64,000 nucleotides of DNA from an uncultured Eubacteriales bacterium. Its GTDB lineage: Bacteria > Bacillota > Clostridia > Oscillospirales > Oscillospiraceae. The first letter of the stretch is position 1; every line of letters starts with the position of its first letter. The notes beneath the pieces are model-generated. The model ran no database searches, was not told where the DNA came from, and was given only the letters and a program-made list of their open reading frames with translations. A program made the translations under genes and the position numbers. The stretch spans positions 5,036-69,035 of the forward strand of contig USGS01000001.1 in NCBI GenBank assembly GCA_900554275.1. The letters are read 5' to 3'. Of this stretch, positions 8,310 through 16,651 are shown piece after piece.

Positions 8310-9473
8310 TCATGTAAGCTTAGTAAAGTTCAGTTCATCCATCTGGTCTGCCAGCCAGTCCATAGCCTCGGTTTCGTTGGAGAAGGAAGAGTCGAAGATA
8401 ACAAAGTCGTTCTCACTGTAAGTCAGGTGGCCGTCATCGCCCATCATGCAGTCGGGGTATACAACAAAGATGACGTCCTCATAGGGCTCATCGTCCCAAG
8501 GATTGTCAAGTACGACCTTGGCAACGCCGATGATGCCGCAGTACCCGCTAAAACCGTGGGTCATATCAAAGAAGTAAGTGCCAGGCATCTTGGGCTCAAA
8601 GTAATACAGAGACCAGAACTCGGAATCCAGGACGGGCATGTCTTTGGTGAGAATGTCCTCGGCAGCATAAGACAGAGCGGAAGACATAGTCAACTCTTCA
8701 AAACGGGTACGCTCGGAAACGGACAGCCCGTCAGAGGGGCGGAAAAAGTCCTTCAGGCCGGAGACAGTATATGTCTTACTGCACTGCTCGGGGACAGTAT
8801 AGCCCAAAGAAGCAAAATACTGCTGGTCGAAAACGGCAGTCAGGGTGATTTCATCGCCGTTGGACAGGTTGTAGTTATTGGCGAAGCTATAGGTCACACC
8901 CTTATACATCGCATCATCAGAGACCAGGCCGACAATGGCCTCGCCACCGCCAGAGGCACCGATGAGGGCAACGGAAATGACGTCCTCGGAGAAGGGGTCA
9001 AAAGGCAGGCCGTCAGCCAGGCCTTCCACGGTATAGGTGATCTTGCCGCCGCGCAGCTCGAAGTCCAGCTTCTCATTGGTAGGGTTATCGAAGCTGACGG
9101 TCAGCGTCACCTTGTCGCCGTTGGACAGGTTGTCGGACTTGTCTGCCACCACAGAGACTCCCTCCAGAGCGGCCCAGATCTTCTCGGTCTTCAACAGGTT
9201 CTCCTCGCTGAAAAGGGCTTCAACATCCTTATCGTTCTTGACGTCGATGCCGGCGATCTTCTGATACACGGAGTAGCTGTCAAAGGAATACTCCAAATGA
9301 CCATATCCGTCTGCGCCGGATACGGCATCGATACTCACGTAATCTGTCAGGTCAATACTCTTGCCGCTGCAGGCGGTCAAGGTCAGCGCCGCCGCCATCA
9401 ACAGCAGGGACAGGCAAATAGTTCGGAAATTCGTGTGTTTCATAATAGTCTCTCTCCTATTGTTTTTATTCAC
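8310..9473 (-). CDS. Secreted lipoprotein (signal peptide + lipobox LTAC)
   Basis: MKHTNFRTICLSLLLMAAALTLTACSG; 4-nt overlap with upstream sigma-fusion gene. Confidence 0.7.
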   Translation of the reverse strand: MNKNNRRETIMKHTNFRTICLSLLLMAAALTLTACSGKSIDLTDYVSIDAVSGADGYGHLEYSFDSYSVYQKIAGIDVKNDKDVEALFSEENLLKTEKIWAALEGVSVVADKSDNLSNGDKVTLTVSFDNPTNEKLDFELRGGKITYTVEGLADGLPFDPFSEDVISVALIGASGGGEAIVGLVSDDAMYKGVTYSFANNYNLSNGDEITLTAVFDQQYFASLGYTVPEQCSKTYTVSGLKDFFRPSDGLSVSERTRFEELTMSSALSYAAEDILTKDMPVLDSEFWSLYYFEPKMPGTYFFDMTHGFSGYCGIIGVAKVVLDNPWDDEPYEDVIFVVYPDCMMGDDGHLTYSENDFVIFDSSFSNETEAMDWLADQMDELNFTKLT

Positions 9474-11164
9474 CCCTCATAGGGCCGCCATATCCATTCG
9501 ATGTTGTCCAAGATTGTATCGTACTGCTCGATCATCGCCGTATATGTGTTCTGCGTTTCGGGCGTAAATTGGACGTCGGTGGGACGGCTGGCGACGAATT
9601 GCCGGATGATGCCGCTGGCGGGGTGTGCGTATGTGCCGAGGTACGTGTAGTCGGGCCAGTGCAGATAGTCCGTGCTGTCAGGGCCAAACAGCGTGACAGA
9701 AAATAATTCGCCCGCGCCTGCGGCATAGCTTTCGACCTCATACACGGTGTAGTACTCCCGCAGGCCGTCATCGCTGAAATTGTTGTCAATAATGACCTTA
9801 CCCTCCCAATCCGCCGGGAAATGGAGGATAAGCTCCACCATCTCAACAGTAAAGTCGCTTTTGGGCGTGAACTCGTTGGGCTTCAATTCCAGCCGCTCGG
9901 CGGTTTTGACAAAGGTGTCGCCGTCTGTTTCGCCCGGGAAATAGTAATAATCCTCGTAATCGGCATCCATTCGGTCTTTATAAAACTGTTCTGCCTTACC
10001 GACATAAGAGATACCGGGACGCCCCATACAGCGAAGGTAGGTATCATTGATGAGATAGATTGAATCGTAATAGCTGCCGACATCGCCGACCAGCCGAAGG
10101 CCGTCATCGTCATAGGCGTAGAACTGGGCATCCGTCAGCCACTCCGCTGTCCCGGGATTGTTGGCTGTCAGAAGCTCAGGGATACTGTCCTTCTCCAGGT
10201 CAAAGGTGGTGTAATACTTGATCTCCAAGCCGCTGTCCGTGACACCTCGCCGGAGCAATTCTTCATAAGCAGCGTATGCCTCCGCCGCCTGTTCTTCCAC
10301 CGACACTGCCGTTTGCACGACAGCATCCGACACATCGACAGCTCTGTCGACGACTGCATTTTTTGCCGCGGCTGCGCCGCCTGCGACCAGGCCTGCCGCC
10401 AGCACACCTGCGGCGATTTTGACCGCCAAACCGCCCGCGGCCTTGCCGGTGACCGCAGCCGCCGCGCCCGAAGCAACCACATCGGTTGCCGTGGCCGCGG
10501 CAGCGCCCGCCGCCGTAAGCCCGGCGGGCAGCGGCATCGCCTCGGCCTCCTGCCGCAGCAGCAGGGTCAGCAGCGCCATAGGTGCGAGGCCGTACAGCTT
10601 CGTGTCCTGCTTTTCCAGCGCTTCCACCTTGGACTTGACCTTCCGCCGCCCATAGTTCAGACGGCTTTTTACCGTGCCCTCTGACACCTGCAGCGCCTGG
10701 GCGATCTGTGACACAGACAGTTCATCCCGATAATACAGCAACAGACACAGCTTCTGATCCTCCGGCAGTCCGTCGATAATCTCCGCCACCAGGCGCACCG
10801 TCTCCTGATGCTCCAGCCGCACCTCCGGCAGATTCTCCTCCCGGTCGTCCGCCCAATCCGGCGCTGGGGCATCGTCCTTTTGCAGCTCGGTGAACAGGGC
10901 AGGTTTTTTCTTCTTCAGATAGTCCCGGCACTTGTTGGCCACGATCATATATAGCCACGAGGGGAATTTCTCCGCCTCCTTCAGCTGCGACAGTCTCCCA
11001 AGGGCGGCCAGGTACGCCTCCTGCGTCAAGTCCTCCGCGTCCTGCGAATTGCCGCAGACCTTCAGCGCCACGAAGTACACCTCCCGACAGGTGGCGTTAT
11101 AGAGCTCCTCCCACGCGGCAGTGTCCCCCTGTACGGCGCGAGGAACAGTTTTCGCCCAGTTCAC
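9470..11164 (-). CDS. ECF (sigma-70 family) sigma factor fused to a transmembrane segment and ~330-aa extracytoplasmic C-terminal domain (single-chain sigma/anti-sigma-like)
   Basis: Region 2 (DLTQEAYL..FPSWLYMIVANKCRDYLKKKK) and region 4 (LPEDQKLCLLLYYRDELSVSQIAQALQVSEGTVKSRLNYGRRKV), then Ala/Gly-rich hydrophobic stretch, then acidic/aromatic-rich domain. Confidence 0.75.
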   Translation of the reverse strand: MNWAKTVPRAVQGDTAAWEELYNATCREVYFVALKVCGNSQDAEDLTQEAYLAALGRLSQLKEAEKFPSWLYMIVANKCRDYLKKKKPALFTELQKDDAPAPDWADDREENLPEVRLEHQETVRLVAEIIDGLPEDQKLCLLLYYRDELSVSQIAQALQVSEGTVKSRLNYGRRKVKSKVEALEKQDTKLYGLAPMALLTLLLRQEAEAMPLPAGLTAAGAAAATATDVVASGAAAAVTGKAAGGLAVKIAAGVLAAGLVAGGAAAAKNAVVDRAVDVSDAVVQTAVSVEEQAAEAYAAYEELLRRGVTDSGLEIKYYTTFDLEKDSIPELLTANNPGTAEWLTDAQFYAYDDDGLRLVGDVGSYYDSIYLINDTYLRCMGRPGISYVGKAEQFYKDRMDADYEDYYYFPGETDGDTFVKTAERLELKPNEFTPKSDFTVEMVELILHFPADWEGKVIIDNNFSDDGLREYYTVYEVESYAAGAGELFSVTLFGPDSTDYLHWPDYTYLGTYAHPASGIIRQFVASRPTDVQFTPETQNTYTAMIEQYDTILDNIEWIWRPYEG

Positions 11165-11493
11165 TCCTGCGCCTCCGCTTCCTCCGGGGCACGCAGTCGG
11201 ACGACGGCCCGGATCAACGCGATAGGATAGGCGACCCAGCCCGTGATCATGGCCACCACCAGCCGCAGCATATAGAAGATGATCATGACAGGCAAACTTC
11301 CCACCAAGCCAAAGGTGATGACCTTACCACTGAGCTGCCAGCCGTAGGGTACACCGGCAAAAAAGATGGCAAAGAGCAGCACGCCCCACCATTCCTTGTC
11401 GCCGCTGCTGGTGGCAAGAATGACACCTACCACCACGCCGATCAGGCCCTTAATGATGAGCTTTTTCAGTTCTTCTTTTCTCGTGTTCATTTT
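11161..11493 (-). CDS. Small integral membrane protein (3 TM), start at MNTRKEEL (GGGAGGA RBS); ORF track extends to 11622
   Basis: Hydrophobic helices; ATGA overlap with sigma gene start. Confidence 0.5.
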   Translation of the reverse strand, partial: KMNTRKEELKKLIIKGLIGVVVGVILATSSGDKEWWGVLLFAIFFAGVPYGWQLSGKVITFGLVGSLPVMIIFYMLRLVVAMITGWVAYPIALIRAVVRLRAPEEAEAQE

Positions 11494-11715
11494 GTTTCCT
11501 CCCGTTTCTCCTCTGCTTTGTTTGTGTTGTCCCAACCTCTGGGGAATTGAAGCGATTGAAACAGTGCTGCCAGCGCTTCCCGGATAAGCTGACCCAGCCG
11601 GTCCATATAGACGTACCTCCATCTCTGTGATGCCTATAAGACGAGCACGGGTCTATGACGGTTTTATGAAATAGAAAAACTTTTTTAGTTTCCAAATTCC
11701 GCCACCGTCAAGCGT

Positions 11716-11790
11716 ATTGACCAGTATAGCGGTCAATATCTAAACCGAGTGTAGCATACAATAGCCTCAGTTGCAACCAATACTGGTCAA
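11716..11790. promoter_or_regulatory. 11-bp inverted repeat TTGACCAGTAT...ATACTGGTCAA (plus internal TTGACC-N8-GGTCAA) in divergent promoter region upstream of XRE gene
   Basis: seen directly at 11716-11726 and 11780-11790. Confidence 0.35.
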
Positions 11791-11811
11791 AAATTTGCCT
11801 GAGGTGAGAGA

Positions 11812-12063
11812 ATGGAACAGAAAATCAGACGTGACCGCAATATGGGCGATAATCTGCGGCGGCTGCGGAAAACACACAAGCTGTCACAGGAGAAGCTGTG
11901 CGCCGAATTGCAGCGGCGTGGCTGCGACATCGGGCGCACGACCTACGCCAAGTATGAGTCCGGTGAGCTGAACATCCGCGCCAGTGTGCTTATCGAGCTG
12001 CGGAGCATTTACGACTGCGCGTATGAGGAATTCTTTACGGGGCTGGAGATGCGGAACGAGTAA
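11812..12063 (+). CDS. XRE-family HTH transcriptional regulator
   Basis: 83 aa; LRRLRKTHKLSQEKLCAEL...TTYAKYESGE; GAGGTGAGAG RBS. Confidence 0.75.
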   Translation: MEQKIRRDRNMGDNLRRLRKTHKLSQEKLCAELQRRGCDIGRTTYAKYESGELNIRASVLIELRSIYDCAYEEFFTGLEMRNE

Positions 12064-12136
12064 CGCGCCTCCCGGCATCCTCTTTCCTTTCGGATGCGCC
12101 CATAATGCAGAAATACGCGCAGCGATCTCCAACAAA

Positions 12137-12175
12137 CTGAGCCGCGGCCAAATAGCCGCGGCTCAGTTTTGCACT
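12137..12175 (+). terminator. Intrinsic terminator (ctgagccgcggc-caaata-gccgcggctcag + TTTT)
   Basis: 12-bp perfect stem and T-tract downstream of XRE gene. Confidence 0.55.
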
Positions 12176-12190
12176 GCGCCTTCCAGAACC

Positions 12191-12222
12191 GCACGCAAAT
12201 AGAAATTTCCCATTTGCGTGCG
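12191..12222. promoter_or_regulatory. Copy C of palindromic operator GCACGCAAAT-N11-ATTTGCGTGC, ~20 bp upstream of -35 of promoter (tgacgt-16-tataat) for 12341 gene
   Basis: same 10-bp arms as in copies at 2887-2919 and 8099-8128, same position relative to a promoter. Confidence 0.5.
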
Positions 12223-12340
12223 CCTAAAACGCCGTAAGCTAGTGACGTCCGAAGTCCTCACCCGTATAATATAGCCAAATGCAGCGCTGTGTAATTTATC
12301 CTACAAATGGCAATACTATCCAGTACAGGGAGGGTACAAA

Positions 12341-12589
12341 ATGGAACTCGACATTAAAAAGGATCAGGGCATCGCTCTGATCTGGCTGACTCGGGCAGAG
12401 TCCGCAGACCCCGCCGTCAGTGAACATCTGAAGCCGATCTACGCAGAGTGCCGCGCACAGGGGCTGATGCCTGTCGTCATGCACTCCGGCAGCGGAGATC
12501 TCTACGCCAACACCCGCGATCTGCTGGTCGATACCCGCCGCCGTCAGGCGGAGAAGGCGGTGCGGGCAGAGCGGGCGGCCTCACGCTGA
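12341..12589 (+). CDS. Hypothetical small protein (82 aa)
   Basis: ORF downstream of predicted promoter; no recognisable domain. Confidence 0.4.
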   Translation: MELDIKKDQGIALIWLTRAESADPAVSEHLKPIYAECRAQGLMPVVMHSGSGDLYANTRDLLVDTRRRQAEKAVRAERAASR

Positions 12590-12716
12590 GAATATAGGGA
12601 GGCCGATGGGCCTCCCTATATCACATTTGGCCTTGCATACCGCCGCAGCGTATGATACAATGTAGTCTATAATCAGATTGCATTATCTAAACAAAATTGG
12701 TAGGTCGAGGTGTGCT

Positions 12717-13727
12717 ATGGAACAGAAAATTTCGGAAACCAGTGAGATCCTGCTGTATCAAAACGGCGACGACAAGGAGTACATCCGCGTTATCTTTCAA
12801 GATGAAAATTTTTGGCTGACACAGGCCGGTATGGCAGAGCTGTTTGACTCCAGCAAATCCAACATCAGCGAACACCTGACACATATCTTCGATGAGGAAG
12901 AACTTGATAAAGCCGCCTGCATGAGAAAATTCGGAATTTCCGAATTTTCTACGAAACCCACCCACTTCTACAACCTCGACGCCATCATCGCCGTCGGCTA
13001 TCGCGTGAATTCCAAAAAGGCCACGCGCTTCCGCCAGTGGGCGACGAGGACGCTGAAAGAGTACATCCAAAAGGGCTTTGTGCTCAATGACGAGCTGATG
13101 AAAAACGGCCACCCCTTCGGCAAGGATTACTTCGAGGAACTGCTGGAGCGCATACGTGAGATCCGCGCCAGCGAGCGCCGGGCCTATCAGAAAATCGCAG
13201 ATGTCTTCGAGCAGTGCAGCTACGACTACGACAAGAACAGCGAGACCACGAAAGCCTTTTACGCCTTCGTACAGAACAAGCTGCATTATGCCGTCACCGG
13301 CAAAACCGCCGCGGAGCTGATCTCCGAACGGGCCACGCTGGACAGCCCCACTATGGGTCTGACTAACTGGAAAGGTGCGCCGGACGGAAAAATTCTGAAA
13401 AGCGACACGCTGGTGGCAAAGAACTATCTGAGTGAAAAGGAACTGTCCCGTCTGAATCGCTTGGTGACCATGTTCATCGACTATGCCGAGCTGATGGCGG
13501 AGGATGAACAGTTGATGTCCATGCAGGACTGGCTGGAGGAGACGGATCGCTTCCTGACCAACAATCGCCGTCAGGTACTGGAGAGCAAAGGACACATCTC
13601 TCGAGATGCAGCCATGAAGAAAGTCGGTGCGATTTACGATGAATTCCGCAGGAAGCAGGACGCGGAATACATCTCCGAGTTCGACCGCGAGATAGCAAAA
13701 TATCTGAAAGGCGGTGAGACTCAATGA
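12717..13727 (+). CDS. RhuM-family virulence/Fic-DOC-associated protein
   Basis: YQNGDDKEYIRVIFQDENFWLTQAGMAELF... characteristic RhuM N-terminus; stop overlaps recombinase start (ATGA). Confidence 0.7.
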   Translation: MEQKISETSEILLYQNGDDKEYIRVIFQDENFWLTQAGMAELFDSSKSNISEHLTHIFDEEELDKAACMRKFGISEFSTKPTHFYNLDAIIAVGYRVNSKKATRFRQWATRTLKEYIQKGFVLNDELMKNGHPFGKDYFEELLERIREIRASERRAYQKIADVFEQCSYDYDKNSETTKAFYAFVQNKLHYAVTGKTAAELISERATLDSPTMGLTNWKGAPDGKILKSDTLVAKNYLSEKELSRLNRLVTMFIDYAELMAEDEQLMSMQDWLEETDRFLTNNRRQVLESKGHISRDAAMKKVGAIYDEFRRKQDAEYISEFDREIAKYLKGGETQ

Positions 13728-15892
13728 TCGAACGCTTTGACATCGCGGGCTACTGCCGCATCTCCGTGGATGAGGAGCTGGATCGGGACAACACCTCCAT
13801 CGAGAACCAAAAGGCGATCATTACCGACTTCGTCAAGCATCGCTTTCCGGACAGTACCTTGACCTTCTACGAGGACCGCGACCGCTCCGGCTACACCTTC
13901 GAGCAGCGGGAGAATTACCAGGCCATGCGCCGGGGGCTGATGTCCCGCAAATATGACATCCTCATCGTCAAGGACTTCTCCCGCTTCTCCCGCCGCAACT
14001 CCCGCGGTTTGGTGGAGCTGGAGGACCTGCGGGACGCAGGCGTCCGCATCATCTCCATCGGCGACAATATCGACTTCCCCAACGACGATGACTGGCTGAA
14101 GATTCAGTTTCAATTCCTCATCAATGAGATGCCCGTCACCGACACCAGCAAAAAGGTCAGGTCCGTCATCAAGCGCCGCCAGACCGATGGCAAATGGCTC
14201 TGCGCCGCGCCCTACGGCTACCTCATCAACAAGGCGCAGCAGTTCGAGATCGTCCCCACCGAGGCAGACATCGTGCGGCAGATCTTTCAGCTTTACAACG
14301 ATGGCTGGGGCTACAAGAAGATCGCCAACCACCTCACCGACCAGGGCATCCCCACGCCCCGTATGTCCGAGCGGGAGCGCCGCGAAGCCCAGGGCGAGAG
14401 CGTCAAGCGCGCCGCCAAGTCCGCGTGGGCCATCGTCACCGTGCAGGGCATATTGGACAACGATTTCTACATCGGCACGCTGCGGCAGGGCAAATACACC
14501 CGCCGGAAGATCAACGGCGCGGAGGTCAAGCGGGACGAGAGCGACCACCTGGTGTTCGAGCACCACCATCAGGCCATCATCGATTACCGCACCTTCGCCA
14601 CCACCCGCGCCCTGCGCCAGCAGCGCACCACCAGCCATTACCGGGGCGTAAAGATCAACGATAACACCTACTCCGGCTTTCTCTTCTGCGGCGACTGCGG
14701 CAGCCCCATGTTTGCCATGAGCCGTTCCGATCTCAAGGACGCCTACCGCTGCGGCGAGTACCACAGGCGGGGTCTGAAGGCCTGCACCAGCCACCATATC
14801 CGGGTAGACAGGCTGGACCAGCTGCTGAAGCTGTATATCCAAAAGGTGAAGGACAACTCCGCTTCCATGCTGGAGCGGCTCAACGACGATCTTGCCCGCG
14901 AGCAGGAGGACGTGGCCGAGACGGAGCGCGCCGCCGAAAACCTGGAGCAGCTGCTGCTGGACGCGCAGGAGGAGCTGAAGGCCACCAAGCGCCAGCGCAT
15001 CCGGGACATCATGAAGCACCCGGAAAACGAGGAAACGCTGGCGGAGACCTACGACGAGCTGGAAAACGACCTCCTGCACCGCATTGAGGGACTGCACCAT
15101 CGGATCGCCATGGCTGAGGACAAGCGCAACACCATCATCCGGGTCAACCGCGCCGCCAAAACGGCTATGGAGGTCTTTGATGACCTGCTGCACAAGGAGC
15201 GGCTGGACCGCAGCGACCTGCAGCTCATCATCGACAAGATCAAGGTCTACGAGGATCACCTGGAGGTCTGGCTCAAGTCCGACATCGACACGCTGCTGCG
15301 CTGCGGCACGCTGCCTGAGGAGGGTGCGCCCGCCGCCGTGGAGGGTGATATTATCTCCTTCCCCAAAGACGCGGAGAGCGCCCCTCCCATCACCCTCATT
15401 CAACAGACCTCCAACCGCCCCGACAAGGTCTTTCGTGTCAATGTCATCAGCAACGGCGACCCGTTGGAGATCTACACCACCCGGGACGGGGAGGTCATCT
15501 TCAAGAAGTATTCCCTCATCAGCGGGCTGGAGGATTTTGCCGCCCAGTTCTGCGACACGCTGGCCCGCAGCACCGACTTCACCGCCGCCGTCACCGACCG
15601 GGACGCGGTCATCGCCATCGCCGGGGCGGGCAAGCGGGAGCTGCTGGGCAAGCGGATCTCCGTGGAGCTGGAGCGCATCATGGGCGAGCGCGGGGTGTAC
15701 TGCGGGCCGGGGGTGGCCGTCAGCGACGAGAACGGGCAGTTCCGCGTCACCGTGGCCGCGCCCATCCTCTGCGAGGGCGACGTGCTGGGCGCGGTGCTGT
15801 TCCTCTCCGCCGATGACCGCACCGGCGGCGAGACGGAGTGCAAGCTGGCCCAGACCGTGGCCGCCTTTCTGGGCAAAAATATGGAGAGCTGA
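13724..15892 (+). CDS. Large serine recombinase (resolvase/TndX-SpoIVCA family) fused in-frame to the C-terminal GAF-like domain of stage V sporulation protein T (SpoVT); probable right end of an intervening element in spoVT
   Basis: N-term resolvase domain (catalytic S in YCRIS), recombinase and Zn-ribbon (CGDCGSPM...CGEYHRR..C) domains, coiled coil; residues ~560-722 GDPLEIYTTRDGEVIFKKYSLISGLEDFAAQF...GDVLGAVLFLS....ECKLAQTVAAFLGKNMES align with B. subtilis SpoVT 30-178. Confidence 0.8.
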   Translation: MIERFDIAGYCRISVDEELDRDNTSIENQKAIITDFVKHRFPDSTLTFYEDRDRSGYTFEQRENYQAMRRGLMSRKYDILIVKDFSRFSRRNSRGLVELEDLRDAGVRIISIGDNIDFPNDDDWLKIQFQFLINEMPVTDTSKKVRSVIKRRQTDGKWLCAAPYGYLINKAQQFEIVPTEADIVRQIFQLYNDGWGYKKIANHLTDQGIPTPRMSERERREAQGESVKRAAKSAWAIVTVQGILDNDFYIGTLRQGKYTRRKINGAEVKRDESDHLVFEHHHQAIIDYRTFATTRALRQQRTTSHYRGVKINDNTYSGFLFCGDCGSPMFAMSRSDLKDAYRCGEYHRRGLKACTSHHIRVDRLDQLLKLYIQKVKDNSASMLERLNDDLAREQEDVAETERAAENLEQLLLDAQEELKATKRQRIRDIMKHPENEETLAETYDELENDLLHRIEGLHHRIAMAEDKRNTIIRVNRAAKTAMEVFDDLLHKERLDRSDLQLIIDKIKVYEDHLEVWLKSDIDTLLRCGTLPEEGAPAAVEGDIISFPKDAESAPPITLIQQTSNRPDKVFRVNVISNGDPLEIYTTRDGEVIFKKYSLISGLEDFAAQFCDTLARSTDFTAAVTDRDAVIAIAGAGKRELLGKRISVELERIMGERGVYCGPGVAVSDENGQFRVTVAAPILCEGDVLGAVLFLSADDRTGGETECKLAQTVAAFLGKNMES

Positions 15893-15904
15893 GGGACAGC
15901 AAAA

Positions 15905-15940
15905 CACCGCCCGCCCGGGAGACCCGGGCGGGCGGCGGTT
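15905..15940. terminator. Bidirectional intrinsic terminator with 26-nt palindrome gcccgcccgggagacccgggcgggcg (identical copy at 26704-26730)
   Basis: perfect GC-rich stem, flanked by A/T runs on both sides. Confidence 0.6.
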
Positions 15941-15943
15941 TGC

Positions 15944-16651
15944 TTATTTCAGGGAGTAGGCTTTTATCATCTTCCTGATTTCCTCCGGTGAATTGTACAT
16001 CATCACATCAATGATGGAAAGGCCCGGCTCAAAGCGGCCAATGCCCTGCGTATCCGGCAGCAACTCAGGCTGAAGAAATTCCAGTTTGATCCCTGCCTGC
16101 CGGTATTTTGACTTGTCAAAAAACGCTTCGCCTCCGGGTGCATTGACGTATTCATCCGCTCCCAATGTCCTGCATATCTCCAGCGCCCATTCATCTGGCT
16201 CACAATCACTTGGAACATTCAATCCCATTTGAGAGAAAATGTCCCAATCCAAATCCAGGCCCATGTACTTGCACGACTCTACCACACTTGCAACACTCAT
16301 CTCGACCAGCGAGTCCGTCTCCCTGTCGATCACGCTGCGGACGATCTCCATCGCCTCCCGATAGTACGGCGCCCGCTTTTTATATACCTCCAGCTGGGCC
16401 AGCAGCTTCTGCCGCCAATCGGTACTGTTATTGATGTGCATATCGCAAATAGCCGTTTTCTGCGGGACCTTTACCACCGGGACAGAAATATACGTCGATC
16501 CCTCTGCGATGTTGATGATCCTGTTCCTGTTCATCCAGCCGCGGCGTTCAAACTGCGGCGTATTGAAGAAAATAAATTTGTCACAGGCCGCTATCAGCTG
16601 AAAATAACCGATATACGGGAAAAAGTACGGCTGCATGATCCCTAACTTCAT
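15944..16651 (-). CDS. WbqC-family protein (polysaccharide biosynthesis)
   Basis: MKLGIMQPYFFPYIGYFQLI N-terminus typical of WbqC-like family. Confidence 0.75.
   Translation of the reverse strand: MKLGIMQPYFFPYIGYFQLIAACDKFIFFNTPQFERRGWMNRNRIINIAEGSTYISVPVVKVPQKTAICDMHINNSTDWRQKLLAQLEVYKKRAPYYREAMEIVRSVIDRETDSLVEMSVASVVESCKYMGLDLDWDIFSQMGLNVPSDCEPDEWALEICRTLGADEYVNAPGGEAFFDKSKYRQAGIKLEFLQPELLPDTQGIGRFEPGLSIIDVMMYNSPEEIRKMIKAYSLK

Noticed and set aside
11366-11695. Small ORFs 11366..11587 (+) and 11450..11695 (-)
   Set aside because: Overlap the better-supported membrane-protein gene, or lie in the divergent promoter region; no RBS.
13721-15907. 728-aa minus-strand ORF
   Set aside because: Antisense shadow of the serine recombinase::SpoVT gene; composition G/A/L/V-rich, no motifs.
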